Notes under the pieces: generated by a model | What the model was told of the DNA's origin: nothing | Databases searched by the model: none | What the model saw: only the letters and a program-made list of their open reading frames with translations | Shown: positions 27,461 to 36,453 of the stretch, piece by piece | Layout of the letters: each line of letters begins with the position of its first letter | Position numbering within the stretch: the first letter of the stretch is position 1 | IMG/VR virus record: IMGVR_UViG_3300020471_000004 | Coordinates: 124,001-188,000 of that record | Direction: 5' to 3' (one strand) | Length of the DNA stretch: 64,000 bases | Program-made: the position numbers and the translations under genes

Positions 27461-27838
27461 ATGTCAGATCTAAAACCGATGTTTATAGGAACGTTTTATA
27501 GTCTTTTAGTCAGGTCTGCAATGTCTAGCGAGGAAGGGTATGTAACAGTACCCGACCTTTCTAAGCAGATAAACATACTACCGAATCGTGGAAACGAGCT
27601 AGGTAAAATTGTTAACCAGACGCTTAAAGAAATTGCTACGTTTGAACACAAGCATAACCGACCTATGTTAACAGCACTGGTCTGCAAACAAGACAAAGCA
27701 AGCGGTTCTTTTTACCCTAGCGATTGGTTCTATGTTTGTGCAGAGCAATTAGGCTACAATGTTCCTAAAACACCAGAAGGGAAGTTACAATTCTGGCGTG
27801 CTGAATTTGAAAAAGTTCACGCATACTGGTCTATATAG
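27461..27838 (+). CDS. Small putative winged-helix DNA-binding protein
   Basis: GGAG RBS; RPMLTALVCKQ...YPSDWF...FWRAEFEKVHAYW pattern recalls small wHTH domains. Confidence 0.55.
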   Translation: MSDLKPMFIGTFYSLLVRSAMSSEEGYVTVPDLSKQINILPNRGNELGKIVNQTLKEIATFEHKHNRPMLTALVCKQDKASGSFYPSDWFYVCAEQLGYNVPKTPEGKLQFWRAEFEKVHAYWSI

Positions 27839-27846
27839 GAGTTACT

Positions 27847-29223
27847 ATGTCTTATACTCGAGTATATGACGATGTGGATATGGATGCAATGCGCTCCTTG
27901 GTTCACGCTAGAATTTTACATCCGTCTGAATCAAAACTTGAGGGTACAGCATTGTCTGTACCTATTACACTGTTTGGTGAAGCTTACAAAAACACCAGGA
28001 CAGTAGAGCTTAGATTAAGCAAAACCTATCTAAGACAACTGGTTAATAAAGCAGCCGAAGGCTATGACCGTGCTACTTGTGAAACAATCAGCTTGTTATA
28101 CAGAGCAGGTTTAGGTTTGCCGAAATCTAAAGAATGTCATTTGCTATGGGACGTACTCCGAAGCGGGTATCAACCTAAAGTAAATGGTAAGATATTTTCA
28201 TATACAAATATGGTTTATATCTTAAAGCAACACTGGAAGATTTTGAGAGTAGAGAACAAAGATCCTAATTGGGTATACTTTAGTCCTCAAAATGATTTTT
28301 TCCGAAATCTTCTGCAACCTACGTTTAGCACTTACGTAAATGATAAGTTTGTAGCCAAGCGTAAACCTTTTGGTGTGTTTGCAAAATACGCAGGTATTGA
28401 TTGTACTCTTGTGTACAGAGCAAATTCACAAACAGGTGAAGGTACGTTTTGGGCAGCCTATGCAAAAGTACAGGACACTTTATTAAATGTCACTGCACAG
28501 GTAGCATGTTGTCCTAATATACCTAAAACTATAATTAACTCTAAGTTGAGTTCGTTTAGTCCTTTCTTTATGGTGAACGGTACATTAACTGTAAAGAATA
28601 GAGCGTTTAGAAAGCTTTCTAAATACTGGCAGCAAAATAATGTACTAGGTCTAATACGTGCAAGTCTAGACCAGGACATTTACTCGTTGGCAGAGTTTGC
28701 AGGAAGGGATTTACCTTCTAAGCATCCTTCGAAAAGCTTTGTAGATCGTTATCGCGGTAAATATCGTAAAGCAACAAAGTTTGTTGATTCGTTTAGAGGC
28801 AAACGTCCTAATCGAACCGATAGCCGTAGGTTAGAAAAGGCTCAGCATCTAATAGATACGTTTAACACCCATGCTATTGTTGTTGACCAAGCTAAAGAGC
28901 ACCGACAGGAATTAAAGCAATACGATATTGTAGATAACCTACAGTTCGTTGCGTATGACTTGTACGGATACTTATCAGAAGATTCTGATAGTTCTAGGTG
29001 CTTGCGAATACGTACCCCTTACGATAAGGTGCATAGCTTTATCAAAGAAATGGGATTCAATACAGCCGTTATGTGCAAACCTTTAAGTAAGCAAAAGGCA
29101 TGTGTTGACCGTGTAACAAGCACTGTACTTCCAGGCTTCATTATGAAAGGCTTGGTTTACAAGCTAGCTGAAAATTCAGCCGGCTCTGATTTAAACTGGG
29201 TTAAAGTTAAACTAGGAGACTAA
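27847..29223 (+). CDS. Sel1-like repeat fused to a degenerate NAD+-dependent DNA ligase adenylation domain
   Basis: KYAGIDCTLVY (motif I), NVTAQVACCPNIPKTI, FMVNGT (III), LQFVAYD (IIIa), KGLVYK (IV); no OB/Zn/HhH/BRCT domains. Confidence 0.55.
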   Translation: MSYTRVYDDVDMDAMRSLVHARILHPSESKLEGTALSVPITLFGEAYKNTRTVELRLSKTYLRQLVNKAAEGYDRATCETISLLYRAGLGLPKSKECHLLWDVLRSGYQPKVNGKIFSYTNMVYILKQHWKILRVENKDPNWVYFSPQNDFFRNLLQPTFSTYVNDKFVAKRKPFGVFAKYAGIDCTLVYRANSQTGEGTFWAAYAKVQDTLLNVTAQVACCPNIPKTIINSKLSSFSPFFMVNGTLTVKNRAFRKLSKYWQQNNVLGLIRASLDQDIYSLAEFAGRDLPSKHPSKSFVDRYRGKYRKATKFVDSFRGKRPNRTDSRRLEKAQHLIDTFNTHAIVVDQAKEHRQELKQYDIVDNLQFVAYDLYGYLSEDSDSSRCLRIRTPYDKVHSFIKEMGFNTAVMCKPLSKQKACVDRVTSTVLPGFIMKGLVYKLAENSAGSDLNWVKVKLGD

Positions 29224-29224
29224 T

Positions 29225-30625
29225 ATGTCTAATCAAGATAACCAGCAAAATACTTCTGAAAACACTAATGTAGTAGAGCCCACTTCTGTTGAAACGGTTG
29301 TAGAGCAAACAACTGAACAGGAAACTGTAAACAATACGCAGAACACAAGTTCTACCGAAACCGAATCACTTACAAAGGATAGCGAAATGAGTAGTGAAAG
29401 CGAAAAGTTACGTCAACGTCAAATCAATGCAGGTATGTCACCTACTGATCAGGCCCGCGAAGAAATGATTAAAGAGCAAGAACAAAGAACAGGCGCTCCT
29501 AATCCTGCACCTCAAGTTGAATCGACTGTGCAAGAGCCGGTTACTGTTTCTCAAACAGAAAACGTTTCTGAAAATGTTTCGTTTGAATCTGAAATGCCTG
29601 TGCAAGAAGTCGAGTTAGCTTCGGCGCGCCCAATGTTTTCTGATTTGTTTGTTCCAGATTCGATGGAACTGTACACTTCTAACATTCGTTTGCACCTGGT
29701 TATTCCTGTTGCGTCTACTAGCATTCTATCTAAGAAGGTTAAGACAGTAGAAGTTGGTGACCAAGAATTCAATATTCGTAACACCTTGGCGCGACCTGTT
29801 AAAGGTAAGCCTGCAGGTCTTATGTTTAATGCGCTAAACGAGCTGCTGTCTACCGCAGACACTTATAACAACCAGCGTTTCTATTACGCAGGTGATGCGC
29901 TTACTCTTGAAAACATGAAAAGCGGACTGTGCGCCCGTCTAACAGACTTTGTTGCAGGTCTTGATTTAGCAGGCGGTCTTTCTAATGAATCTTGGGAAGA
30001 GCAAGTAGGTTTTGCACCTAGCGTTTCAATTACTCCTAGCTTTGACAGCGATGAGCTAATTGTTTCAATGGTTGTTCCGTTTCCTCTACTTTCAATGACG
30101 CCGGATAAACTTGAAACTTCGGCACAGGTAGAAGACTTCATTGTTAAACGTATCGTTGGCGATTCTAACATCAAAGTAGATATAAGTTACGCAATCAACA
30201 CCGTCGATGCAATCATTGACGAATCTGTAAACGAATTGGTGAACGGTCTTGTTGGTGAATCGGATTACGTTCTTGCCACTGACGCGGATCTAATTAGTTT
30301 CTACACTAGCCTGGAAGAAGGCGAAGACGAAGACTTTGATTATAGCGAAGACGAAGGCGAAGATTTTGATTCAGATGAAGATTCGGACGATGACGACCTA
30401 GAATCTGAAGGTGAAGATTCAGACGATGATGACCTTGAGTTAGAAGGTGACGAAGTAGATACAATCGACCTTGGTTATGTGCCGCATAACTCGCTTGCAG
30501 GTCTTGAAGCGCAATTGCGTTATTCTAACATTGGTGACCAATCATTTATCTTGGTTAGCAAATGTGTAAACGAGCTAGAAGATTTAGACTTATCTGGCGC
30601 CGAGCAAGAAGAGTCAGAAGACTAA
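29225..30625 (+). CDS. Acidic protein with disordered N-terminus and D/E-rich tail
   Basis: 466 aa; T/E/Q/S-rich N-terminus; DEDSDDDDLE repeats. Confidence 0.8.
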   Translation: MSNQDNQQNTSENTNVVEPTSVETVVEQTTEQETVNNTQNTSSTETESLTKDSEMSSESEKLRQRQINAGMSPTDQAREEMIKEQEQRTGAPNPAPQVESTVQEPVTVSQTENVSENVSFESEMPVQEVELASARPMFSDLFVPDSMELYTSNIRLHLVIPVASTSILSKKVKTVEVGDQEFNIRNTLARPVKGKPAGLMFNALNELLSTADTYNNQRFYYAGDALTLENMKSGLCARLTDFVAGLDLAGGLSNESWEEQVGFAPSVSITPSFDSDELIVSMVVPFPLLSMTPDKLETSAQVEDFIVKRIVGDSNIKVDISYAINTVDAIIDESVNELVNGLVGESDYVLATDADLISFYTSLEEGEDEDFDYSEDEGEDFDSDEDSDDDDLESEGEDSDDDDLELEGDEVDTIDLGYVPHNSLAGLEAQLRYSNIGDQSFILVSKCVNELEDLDLSGAEQEESED

Positions 30626-30636
30626 AAACTGTAAAC
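30625..30636 (+). promoter_or_regulatory. Class-II motif AAAACTGTAAAC
   Basis: Exact 12-mer overlapping the upstream stop. Confidence 0.55.
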
Positions 30637-30694
30637 TTTATTTGAATATACTAATTAAGTAGTTCAAGATTAATTTTGTATTTGGAGAAACATC

Positions 30695-31219
30695 ATGCGT
30701 AAAACAAAAGCACCGGCAAAGAAAGGCGCTGCTCGTAAAGGTAAGAAAACAGGAACAGCAGTTGCTCGTCCTAGCGGTGCAACACGCAATAGCCGTCTTG
30801 CTAAGTTTGAAGGCAAAATCAACAAGCTTGGTACAGACAAAGTTTCAACCAAAGCTTTAGCGGGAATGAAAGCTTCGGTAGTTGTATCGGCACCTGGTCA
30901 AATCGCTCAGATTATCGGTTACATGGTAGCCGCTGATGAAGACACTGTTACCTTGCGTACTAACAAGAAATCAGGTTCTTCTAAGCCTGTAATCAAAGTT
31001 ATCCCACGCAAACGTATTGCAGCATCTATCGGTGCACCTGGTGACAACTGTATCCTTTGGGTACAAGAGCAAAAAGAAATGTTTGTTCTTAAAGAAACAA
31101 CTGTAAAGGTTGAAGGCAACACTGCTTTCGTTACAGACCTTAAAACAGGCGGTGACGTTATTGAGTTCCCTCTTAACAATCCGCTTGTTGATGTAGCAAT
31201 CGAGTATATGGAAGACTAA
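30695..31219 (+). CDS. Basic-tailed protein with possible Sm/SH3-like beta-barrel
   Basis: GGAG RBS; MRKTKAPAKKGAARKGKK tail; VVVSAPG..IIGYMVAADEDTVTL...VIPRKRIAAS. Confidence 0.75.
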   Translation: MRKTKAPAKKGAARKGKKTGTAVARPSGATRNSRLAKFEGKINKLGTDKVSTKALAGMKASVVVSAPGQIAQIIGYMVAADEDTVTLRTNKKSGSSKPVIKVIPRKRIAASIGAPGDNCILWVQEQKEMFVLKETTVKVEGNTAFVTDLKTGGDVIEFPLNNPLVDVAIEYMED

Positions 31220-31240
31220 GGTCTTCCTTCTCACAAAACA

Positions 31241-31252
31241 AAAACTGTAAAC
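31241..31252 (+). promoter_or_regulatory. Class-II motif AAAACTGTAAAC
   Basis: Exact 12-mer in the intergenic gap. Confidence 0.55.
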
Positions 31253-31303
31253 ATATTTCGTAACATAACGTTAGACTAAAAACACCTTATTAAGGATACA
31301 ATA

Positions 31304-32350
31304 ATGCGTAAATCAAAATCAGCCGCTAAAAAGACTCAAACTAATGCAGCAGTAGAGCTTCTGAAAACCCTTCTTGTCGGTCTTCAAGATGCTGCTAACG
31401 ATGGTGACGAGTCTTGTGCTGCGATTCTAGAACATGCTGGTGTTACCGCTGATTCTCAGGCAGCCTTAGAAGAAGCCGAAGAAGATGAAGATGAAGATGA
31501 CGAAGATGAAGACGTTGACCTCGAAGAGCTTTCTCTTAAAGAGCTGAAAGCACTTTGTAAAGAGCGTGGAATCAAAGTACCTCGCGGTGCTGACGAAGAC
31601 GCCTTAATCGAGCTTCTTGAGGAAGAAGAAGACGAGGAAGACGAAGAAGACGAGGCTGAGGAAGAAGAAGGTCTTGACGAAGAAGAGCGCGAAGAGCTAA
31701 TCGCTGACCTTGTTGCTGCCAAGATCAAAGGTCTTACAAAAGCCAAGTTGAAGAAAATGTCGGACGAGCAACTGCAAGAGCTTGAAGAAGAGCACTTGGG
31801 CGAAGACGAAGACGAAGACGAAGCTGAAGAAGACGGTGATGACTTGGAAGAGCTTTCTCTTAAAGAGCTTAAAGCGCTTTGTAAAGAACGCGGCATTAAA
31901 GTACCACGTGGTGCCGATGAAGAAAAGCTAATCGAGCTTCTTGAAGATGAAGAAGACGAAGAAGAAGGTGACGAAGAAGACGAGGAAGACGGTGACGATG
32001 TTGACCTTGAAGAGCTTTCTCTTAAAGAACTTAAAGCCCTTTGCAAAGAACGTGGTATTAAAGTTCCGCGCGGCGCAGATGAAGAAGATCTAATCGAGCT
32101 TCTTGAAGACGAAGACGAAGAAGAAGACGAAGAAGACGAGGAAGACGAAGACGATATTCCAGATCTTGATTCAATGTCTGACAAAGAGCTTATCGCTTTA
32201 GCCAAAGAGCTTAAACTTGTTAAAGGCGCAAAAGCTAAAAAGCTGAGTGTTGAAGATGCGCTTGAACTTCTTGCTGACCACTACGATATTGAAATCGAAG
32301 CCGAAGACGAAGAAGATGAAGACGAAGACGAGTGGGGCGAAGACGACTAA
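31304..32350 (+). CDS. Extremely acidic protein with three or four HeH (Rho-N/LEM/SAP-like) modules
   Basis: 3x DLEELSLKELKALCKERGIKVPRGADExxLIELLE plus degenerate LDSMSDKELIALAKEL, separated by poly-D/E linkers. Confidence 0.85.
   Translation: MRKSKSAAKKTQTNAAVELLKTLLVGLQDAANDGDESCAAILEHAGVTADSQAALEEAEEDEDEDDEDEDVDLEELSLKELKALCKERGIKVPRGADEDALIELLEEEEDEEDEEDEAEEEEGLDEEEREELIADLVAAKIKGLTKAKLKKMSDEQLQELEEEHLGEDEDEDEAEEDGDDLEELSLKELKALCKERGIKVPRGADEEKLIELLEDEEDEEEGDEEDEEDGDDVDLEELSLKELKALCKERGIKVPRGADEEDLIELLEDEDEEEDEEDEEDEDDIPDLDSMSDKELIALAKELKLVKGAKAKKLSVEDALELLADHYDIEIEAEDEEDEDEDEWGEDD
31517..32107 (+). repeat. Three 105-nt coding direct repeats (31517-31621, 31841-31945, 32003-32107)
   Basis: Near-identical GAAGAGCTTTCTCTTAAAGA cores. 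Confidence 0.9.
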
Positions 32351-32447
32351 TAGTTGATGTCTTTCGAATTTTAATTTTTTAACTTTTACATTGCAGGGAA
32401 GTTGTTAACAGTAAACACTTCCCTTTATAACAAACTGGAGAACAAAA

Positions 32448-32963
32448 ATGGCTAAGACAGTCACTCTTAAAGCTACAAACTTTAATCAAGCGGGAAAGAA
32501 AGTAGAAGCAGTATTGAAAACTGTTGCAAGTACTAGCGCTATCATCGAAGCTCTTGAAAAAGCTGCGGATGCAACCGAAGACAAGAAAGCGACTCGCGCG
32601 TTTACTTCACAAGCTAACAAGCTAACTAAACTTGTTGAGCGCCAAGAAAAAGCAATTGCAGATCTGCAAGGTAAGCTAGTTGTTGAAGGCGAAGAAGCTC
32701 CGGCGAAAGCAAAAGGCAAAGCGAAAGCTGAAAAAGCTCCAGCGAAGGCAAAAGGCAAAGCGAAAGCAAAAGCAAAAGCCGAAAAGCCTGCCGCTAAAAC
32801 CAAAGCAACCAAGGCAAAAGGCAAAGCGAAGGCAAAAGCCGAAAAGCCTGCTGCTAAAACCAAAGCAAAGGGTAAAGCAAAGGCAAAAGCTACTGCAAAA
32901 CCTGCACGTAAACCTCGCAGCAAAAAGACTGCACCAAAAGGTGAATTCGATTTCGAAGCTTAG
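32448..32963 (+). CDS. Histone H1-like K/A-rich DNA-binding protein
   Basis: GGAG RBS; repeats AKAKGKAKAKAEKPAAKTK; ends with acidic FDFEA. Confidence 0.8.
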   Translation: MAKTVTLKATNFNQAGKKVEAVLKTVASTSAIIEALEKAADATEDKKATRAFTSQANKLTKLVERQEKAIADLQGKLVVEGEEAPAKAKGKAKAEKAPAKAKGKAKAKAKAEKPAAKTKATKAKGKAKAKAEKPAAKTKAKGKAKAKATAKPARKPRSKKTAPKGEFDFEA

Positions 32964-33004
32964 TCGAATGGATGCTTTTTAGCTAGGTGTTAGAAAGCAA
33001 TATC

Positions 33005-33040
33005 GGGCCGTTAGTTTATACTGCGGCCCTTTATTCGTTT
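33005..33040 (+). terminator. Intrinsic terminator
   Basis: GGGCCG/CGGCCC stem followed by TTTATTCGTTTTT. Confidence 0.55.
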
Positions 33041-33053
33041 TTAAAGGTATTTT

Positions 33054-33539
33054 ATGTACGATATTCCAGAAACTATCGACCGGTATTTTATTCTTAGTTT
33101 ACTAAACGGTAGCTACAGCTTTGCAGGTTTGTACTCTAGACTAGTTGTTATCCGAAATATTCTTGACCGGCATCTAGAGATAGTTCAACTAGAGTTAGAC
33201 ATTTCTTTAGCAGATACTAAAGAGCGTGGAAAAGTATCTTTTCAACCTACACCTGATTCAATGAGGTTAGAGAACAAGCTAACTGAGGCAAAAGCTCGAA
33301 GCGTACGGTTGTATAATCTAGAGAACAAAAGAACTTTAAAAACTGTAAATGCTATATTAGAAACTATACAATCAGGCTATAGTTCTTTTGTTAGCAGTAT
33401 AGAGGAATTCGCAGATGATCCTTTCATTTGTGATAACCTTAATTTGCCAGAGCCTGATTTAGACCAATTTATACAAGAATTAAAATCATTACTTAAGGTT
33501 GGAAAATGCCTAGCAATAGAAGAACATACAAATCAATAG
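33054..33539 (+). CDS. Hypothetical protein
   Basis: 161 aa; AAGG RBS. Confidence 0.7.
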   Translation: MYDIPETIDRYFILSLLNGSYSFAGLYSRLVVIRNILDRHLEIVQLELDISLADTKERGKVSFQPTPDSMRLENKLTEAKARSVRLYNLENKRTLKTVNAILETIQSGYSSFVSSIEEFADDPFICDNLNLPEPDLDQFIQELKSLLKVGKCLAIEEHTNQ

Positions 33540-33934
33540 CTGTGCAAAGCATAGGCGCATTTAACTCTACGCAGACTTTAATTAGGAATTTAAAAGAAGA
33601 CCTTTTTCGAATTATAGCTTTGCCTGGAGGTTACTACTTTTGCAGCTGGATTGATTTCTCTAATTTAGGAACTACAGAAGAAGTTGGTATACACACCAGC
33701 ATGTTAGACTCTGTTTTCAAAAGCTTAGACTCTATAGAGCCTGGCCAGTTTCTAAATATAGATGCATTGCAAGAGTTTTTAACTTTACGTAAGGATTTTG
33801 AAGCATGGGCTCCTATGTATATTATTCAAAAAACGGACACCTACTTCAAAAGAGATTTAGAGTCTGAGACAAAATTCAAAAATTTTATACAGGACAAGAC
33901 TGAGCCTGTAGATCCGAACAATTTTAAAATCTAA
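33506..33934 (+). CDS. Hypothetical protein
   Basis: 142-aa ORF. Confidence 0.65.
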   Translation: MPSNRRTYKSIAVQSIGAFNSTQTLIRNLKEDLFRIIALPGGYYFCSWIDFSNLGTTEEVGIHTSMLDSVFKSLDSIEPGQFLNIDALQEFLTLRKDFEAWAPMYIIQKTDTYFKRDLESETKFKNFIQDKTEPVDPNNFKI

Positions 33935-33943
33935 GGAAGTTTG

Positions 33944-35974
33944 ATGGCTTTACGAAAGAGAAAAACAACTACAGCCAAGACCTCAGCGAAGAAAGGCAAA
34001 AACAAAGCTGGTTATGATGAAGATAGCATTGACGTACAGGAAGGTCTAAAAGGTATTCGCCTTAACCCCGGTATGTATCTTGCTGCTCTGGGTAATCGAA
34101 TGGTGTTTCGAATGGTAAAAGAAGTTGTAGATAATTTCTATGACGAATACGCCGCTGGTCGAAACACAGGGGGTGAGGTAATCTACGACCCCAAGACTAA
34201 CGCCTGTATTGTAGCTGACTATGCTCAAGGTATTCCTGTCGGATTAAAACAGACTGAACACGAAGGTAAGGTAAGTACACTTACTCTTATTCTTACAAAA
34301 GTTCACGCAGGTGGTAAGTTTAATGACAAGGCTTACAAAACCTCAAGTGGTACGCACGGTGTTGGTGTTTCTGCGGTAAACGCTGTTTCAAAAGTTCTTG
34401 AAGTATGGACACACCGTGATGGAAGTTGGTACTATCAAAAGTTTAACACTGGTATCCCTGCTGCTAAAGTCAAGAAACTTTCTAAGACGCCTACCGAATT
34501 CAAAAAGATGGGCCTCGCAGAAAAGCGTTTTGACAAGTATGGTACTATTATTCGATTTGTTCCTGACCAGACGGTTGTGTCCGAAGACGCTGCTCGTGGT
34601 AGTCGTAAAACAGAAGACAAACTTACCAAAGCGATTCTGGAAGAAAGCACTACAGAGCGTTGGTTAAAAACGCTTGCCTTATTGAACAAAAATTTTAAGA
34701 TCACATTCAATCATATTGGTAGTGAACCTAAAGTTTTCTTAAACAAGAAAGGTCTAGATTTCCTTATTAGTGAACGCATCAAAGAAAACGAGCTAGGTGC
34801 AGTTATCAAAAAACCTTTTTCGTATTCAGACGGCGAACTTGATTGTGTTGTTACTTGGACTGACCAGCCTGATGACGTACACTTTACATCGTTTGTTAAC
34901 TCGTCTGCTACTTTATCTCATGGTACTCACGTTGAAGGTTTCCGTTCGGCGTTACAAAAAGCAATTAAGCCTCACTTAACAGAGCGCGATAAAAAAGCCA
35001 AGTTCACGGTACATGACCTAATGATTGGTGCGTGTGGTATTCTAAACTTCCGAATGAACTCTGCTATATATGATTCACAGGTCAAAGATAAGTTGGTATC
35101 TAAAGTATCAAAAATCATTGACGATAAACTTAGCGAACCCTTATTGCTGTGGTTTAAAGAAAATCCTCGCGTTGCTAAAAACATAATCAAGAAGGCTACT
35201 ACTGCAAACAGTGCCCGTGAATCTTTGAAAAAGGTAATGCGTTCACTAACAGAAGTTAGAAAAGGCAGTCGTGGTAAGTTGCCTGAAAACCTTACTGAGG
35301 CCCCTAACGTTAAGCCTGATAAAAGAGAAATCTATATAGTAGAAGGTGACTCGGCAGGCGGTACAGCTAAAGACGCCCGTAATGATAACCAAGAGATATT
35401 AAGATTATCTGGTAAGCCTTTGAATGCGCTTAAAGCAGGACTGGACAAATTGCTTACCAGCAAGGCAATAGTTAATATTATTATATCGCTGGGTATTGAC
35501 CCTAGTTCTCTTGATGTTAACTCAGAGAATCCTAAGTTTAGTGTTGATAAGTTGCGTTGTCGTGACGTTATACTTTTAAGTGATCCTGACCCTGATGGTT
35601 CACACATCAATACTCTTATTCTTAGTCTATTCTTCCGACTTATGCCAGACCTTATTAAGCAAGGTCGTTTGTATGTTATTGAAGCCAAGCTGTACAGTGC
35701 TTTGTATAAAGGTAAACTTTACACAGGCGATACGTTTGAAGAATGTTATTCTCAAATGCCCCAGACACCTGATGCTAAACGTAGCGTTATACGCATCAAA
35801 GGTTGGGGAGAAATTAACGCAGATATGATGGACCCTATTGCGTTTGATCCAGAGTTACGCACTATACGCCGTATTACTTGGGTCGATGACCCGGATAAAA
35901 TACAACACTTCCGAAACATTGCTGCTGAATCAAGCGCAAGCCGACGAGAACTTCTAGGTCTCAAGGAAGCTTAA
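33944..35974 (+). CDS. gyrB: Type IIA DNA topoisomerase subunit B (GyrB/ParE-like)
   Basis: GHKL motifs EVVDN, DYAQGIP, HAGGKF, GTHGVGVSAVNA; TOPRIM VEGDSAGG, GKPLN, DPDPDGSHI; RIKGWGE. Confidence 0.95.
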   Translation: MALRKRKTTTAKTSAKKGKNKAGYDEDSIDVQEGLKGIRLNPGMYLAALGNRMVFRMVKEVVDNFYDEYAAGRNTGGEVIYDPKTNACIVADYAQGIPVGLKQTEHEGKVSTLTLILTKVHAGGKFNDKAYKTSSGTHGVGVSAVNAVSKVLEVWTHRDGSWYYQKFNTGIPAAKVKKLSKTPTEFKKMGLAEKRFDKYGTIIRFVPDQTVVSEDAARGSRKTEDKLTKAILEESTTERWLKTLALLNKNFKITFNHIGSEPKVFLNKKGLDFLISERIKENELGAVIKKPFSYSDGELDCVVTWTDQPDDVHFTSFVNSSATLSHGTHVEGFRSALQKAIKPHLTERDKKAKFTVHDLMIGACGILNFRMNSAIYDSQVKDKLVSKVSKIIDDKLSEPLLLWFKENPRVAKNIIKKATTANSARESLKKVMRSLTEVRKGSRGKLPENLTEAPNVKPDKREIYIVEGDSAGGTAKDARNDNQEILRLSGKPLNALKAGLDKLLTSKAIVNIIISLGIDPSSLDVNSENPKFSVDKLRCRDVILLSDPDPDGSHINTLILSLFFRLMPDLIKQGRLYVIEAKLYSALYKGKLYTGDTFEECYSQMPQTPDAKRSVIRIKGWGEINADMMDPIAFDPELRTIRRITWVDDPDKIQHFRNIAAESSASRRELLGLKEA

Positions 35975-35985
35975 GGAAAAATATT

Positions 35986-36453
35986 ATGGACAAGATAAAC
36001 TCTGTGGATGTGTACCTTCTTTTGGATATTGTGTTTACTCCTTTATTCGATGAAAACACAACTTCTATTATGAATATGAATGTCTCTAAACCTATTTGGG
36101 TAGAAACTTCTTTGCTGGTTGAAGGTAACCAGCTAATTTTCCCTACGTTTGTCTTGTCTGTGGTTTGTCCTTTTGTTATTACTAAAGAAGGAAAGATTCT
36201 TAAATGCCGATATAACCCTGCTCTTGAAGGTATCTCCTTTTTTGGGTACGAACTAGAGCTGCTTGAAGGAATGTGTATTCGCACAAAAAATCAAGAGTGG
36301 GATTGGGAATCTTTAACTTCTAAGCATCACAGTTATGCATCTTTAAAATCAGTTTACGGAAGCATGGATGAATTTCGAAGGACGATAGACCAGTATCCTT
36401 ACGATAACTCGTTATTAAAGTCAATTTTAGAGGAAGCAGAACTTGAACTCTGA
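35986..36453 (+). CDS. Hypothetical protein
   Basis: 155 aa; AAGGA RBS. Confidence 0.7.
   Translation: MDKINSVDVYLLLDIVFTPLFDENTTSIMNMNVSKPIWVETSLLVEGNQLIFPTFVLSVVCPFVITKEGKILKCRYNPALEGISFFGYELELLEGMCIRTKNQEWDWESLTSKHHSYASLKSVYGSMDEFRRTIDQYPYDNSLLKSILEEAELEL

Noticed and set aside
29322-29333. GAAACTGTAAAC and similar matches at about 33339, 48243 and 54911
   Set aside because: They lie inside coding regions as Thr-Val-Asn codons and were not counted as class-II sites
31517-32107. Regularly recurring 105-nt repeats resembling a CRISPR array
   Set aside because: They are in-frame protein repeats with acidic coding linkers of unequal length, and no cas genes are present
31456-32205. 249-aa poly-Ser ORF on the - strand
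   Set aside because: Antisense shadow of GAA/GAC repeats in the acidic gene 31304-32350; no RBS or independent signal
32486-32923. Hydrophobic A/F/L-rich - strand ORF resembling a membrane protein
   Set aside because: Mirror of the AAA/GCA codon repeats of the H1-like gene; 25801-26136 and 26767-27036 are the same kind of artefact
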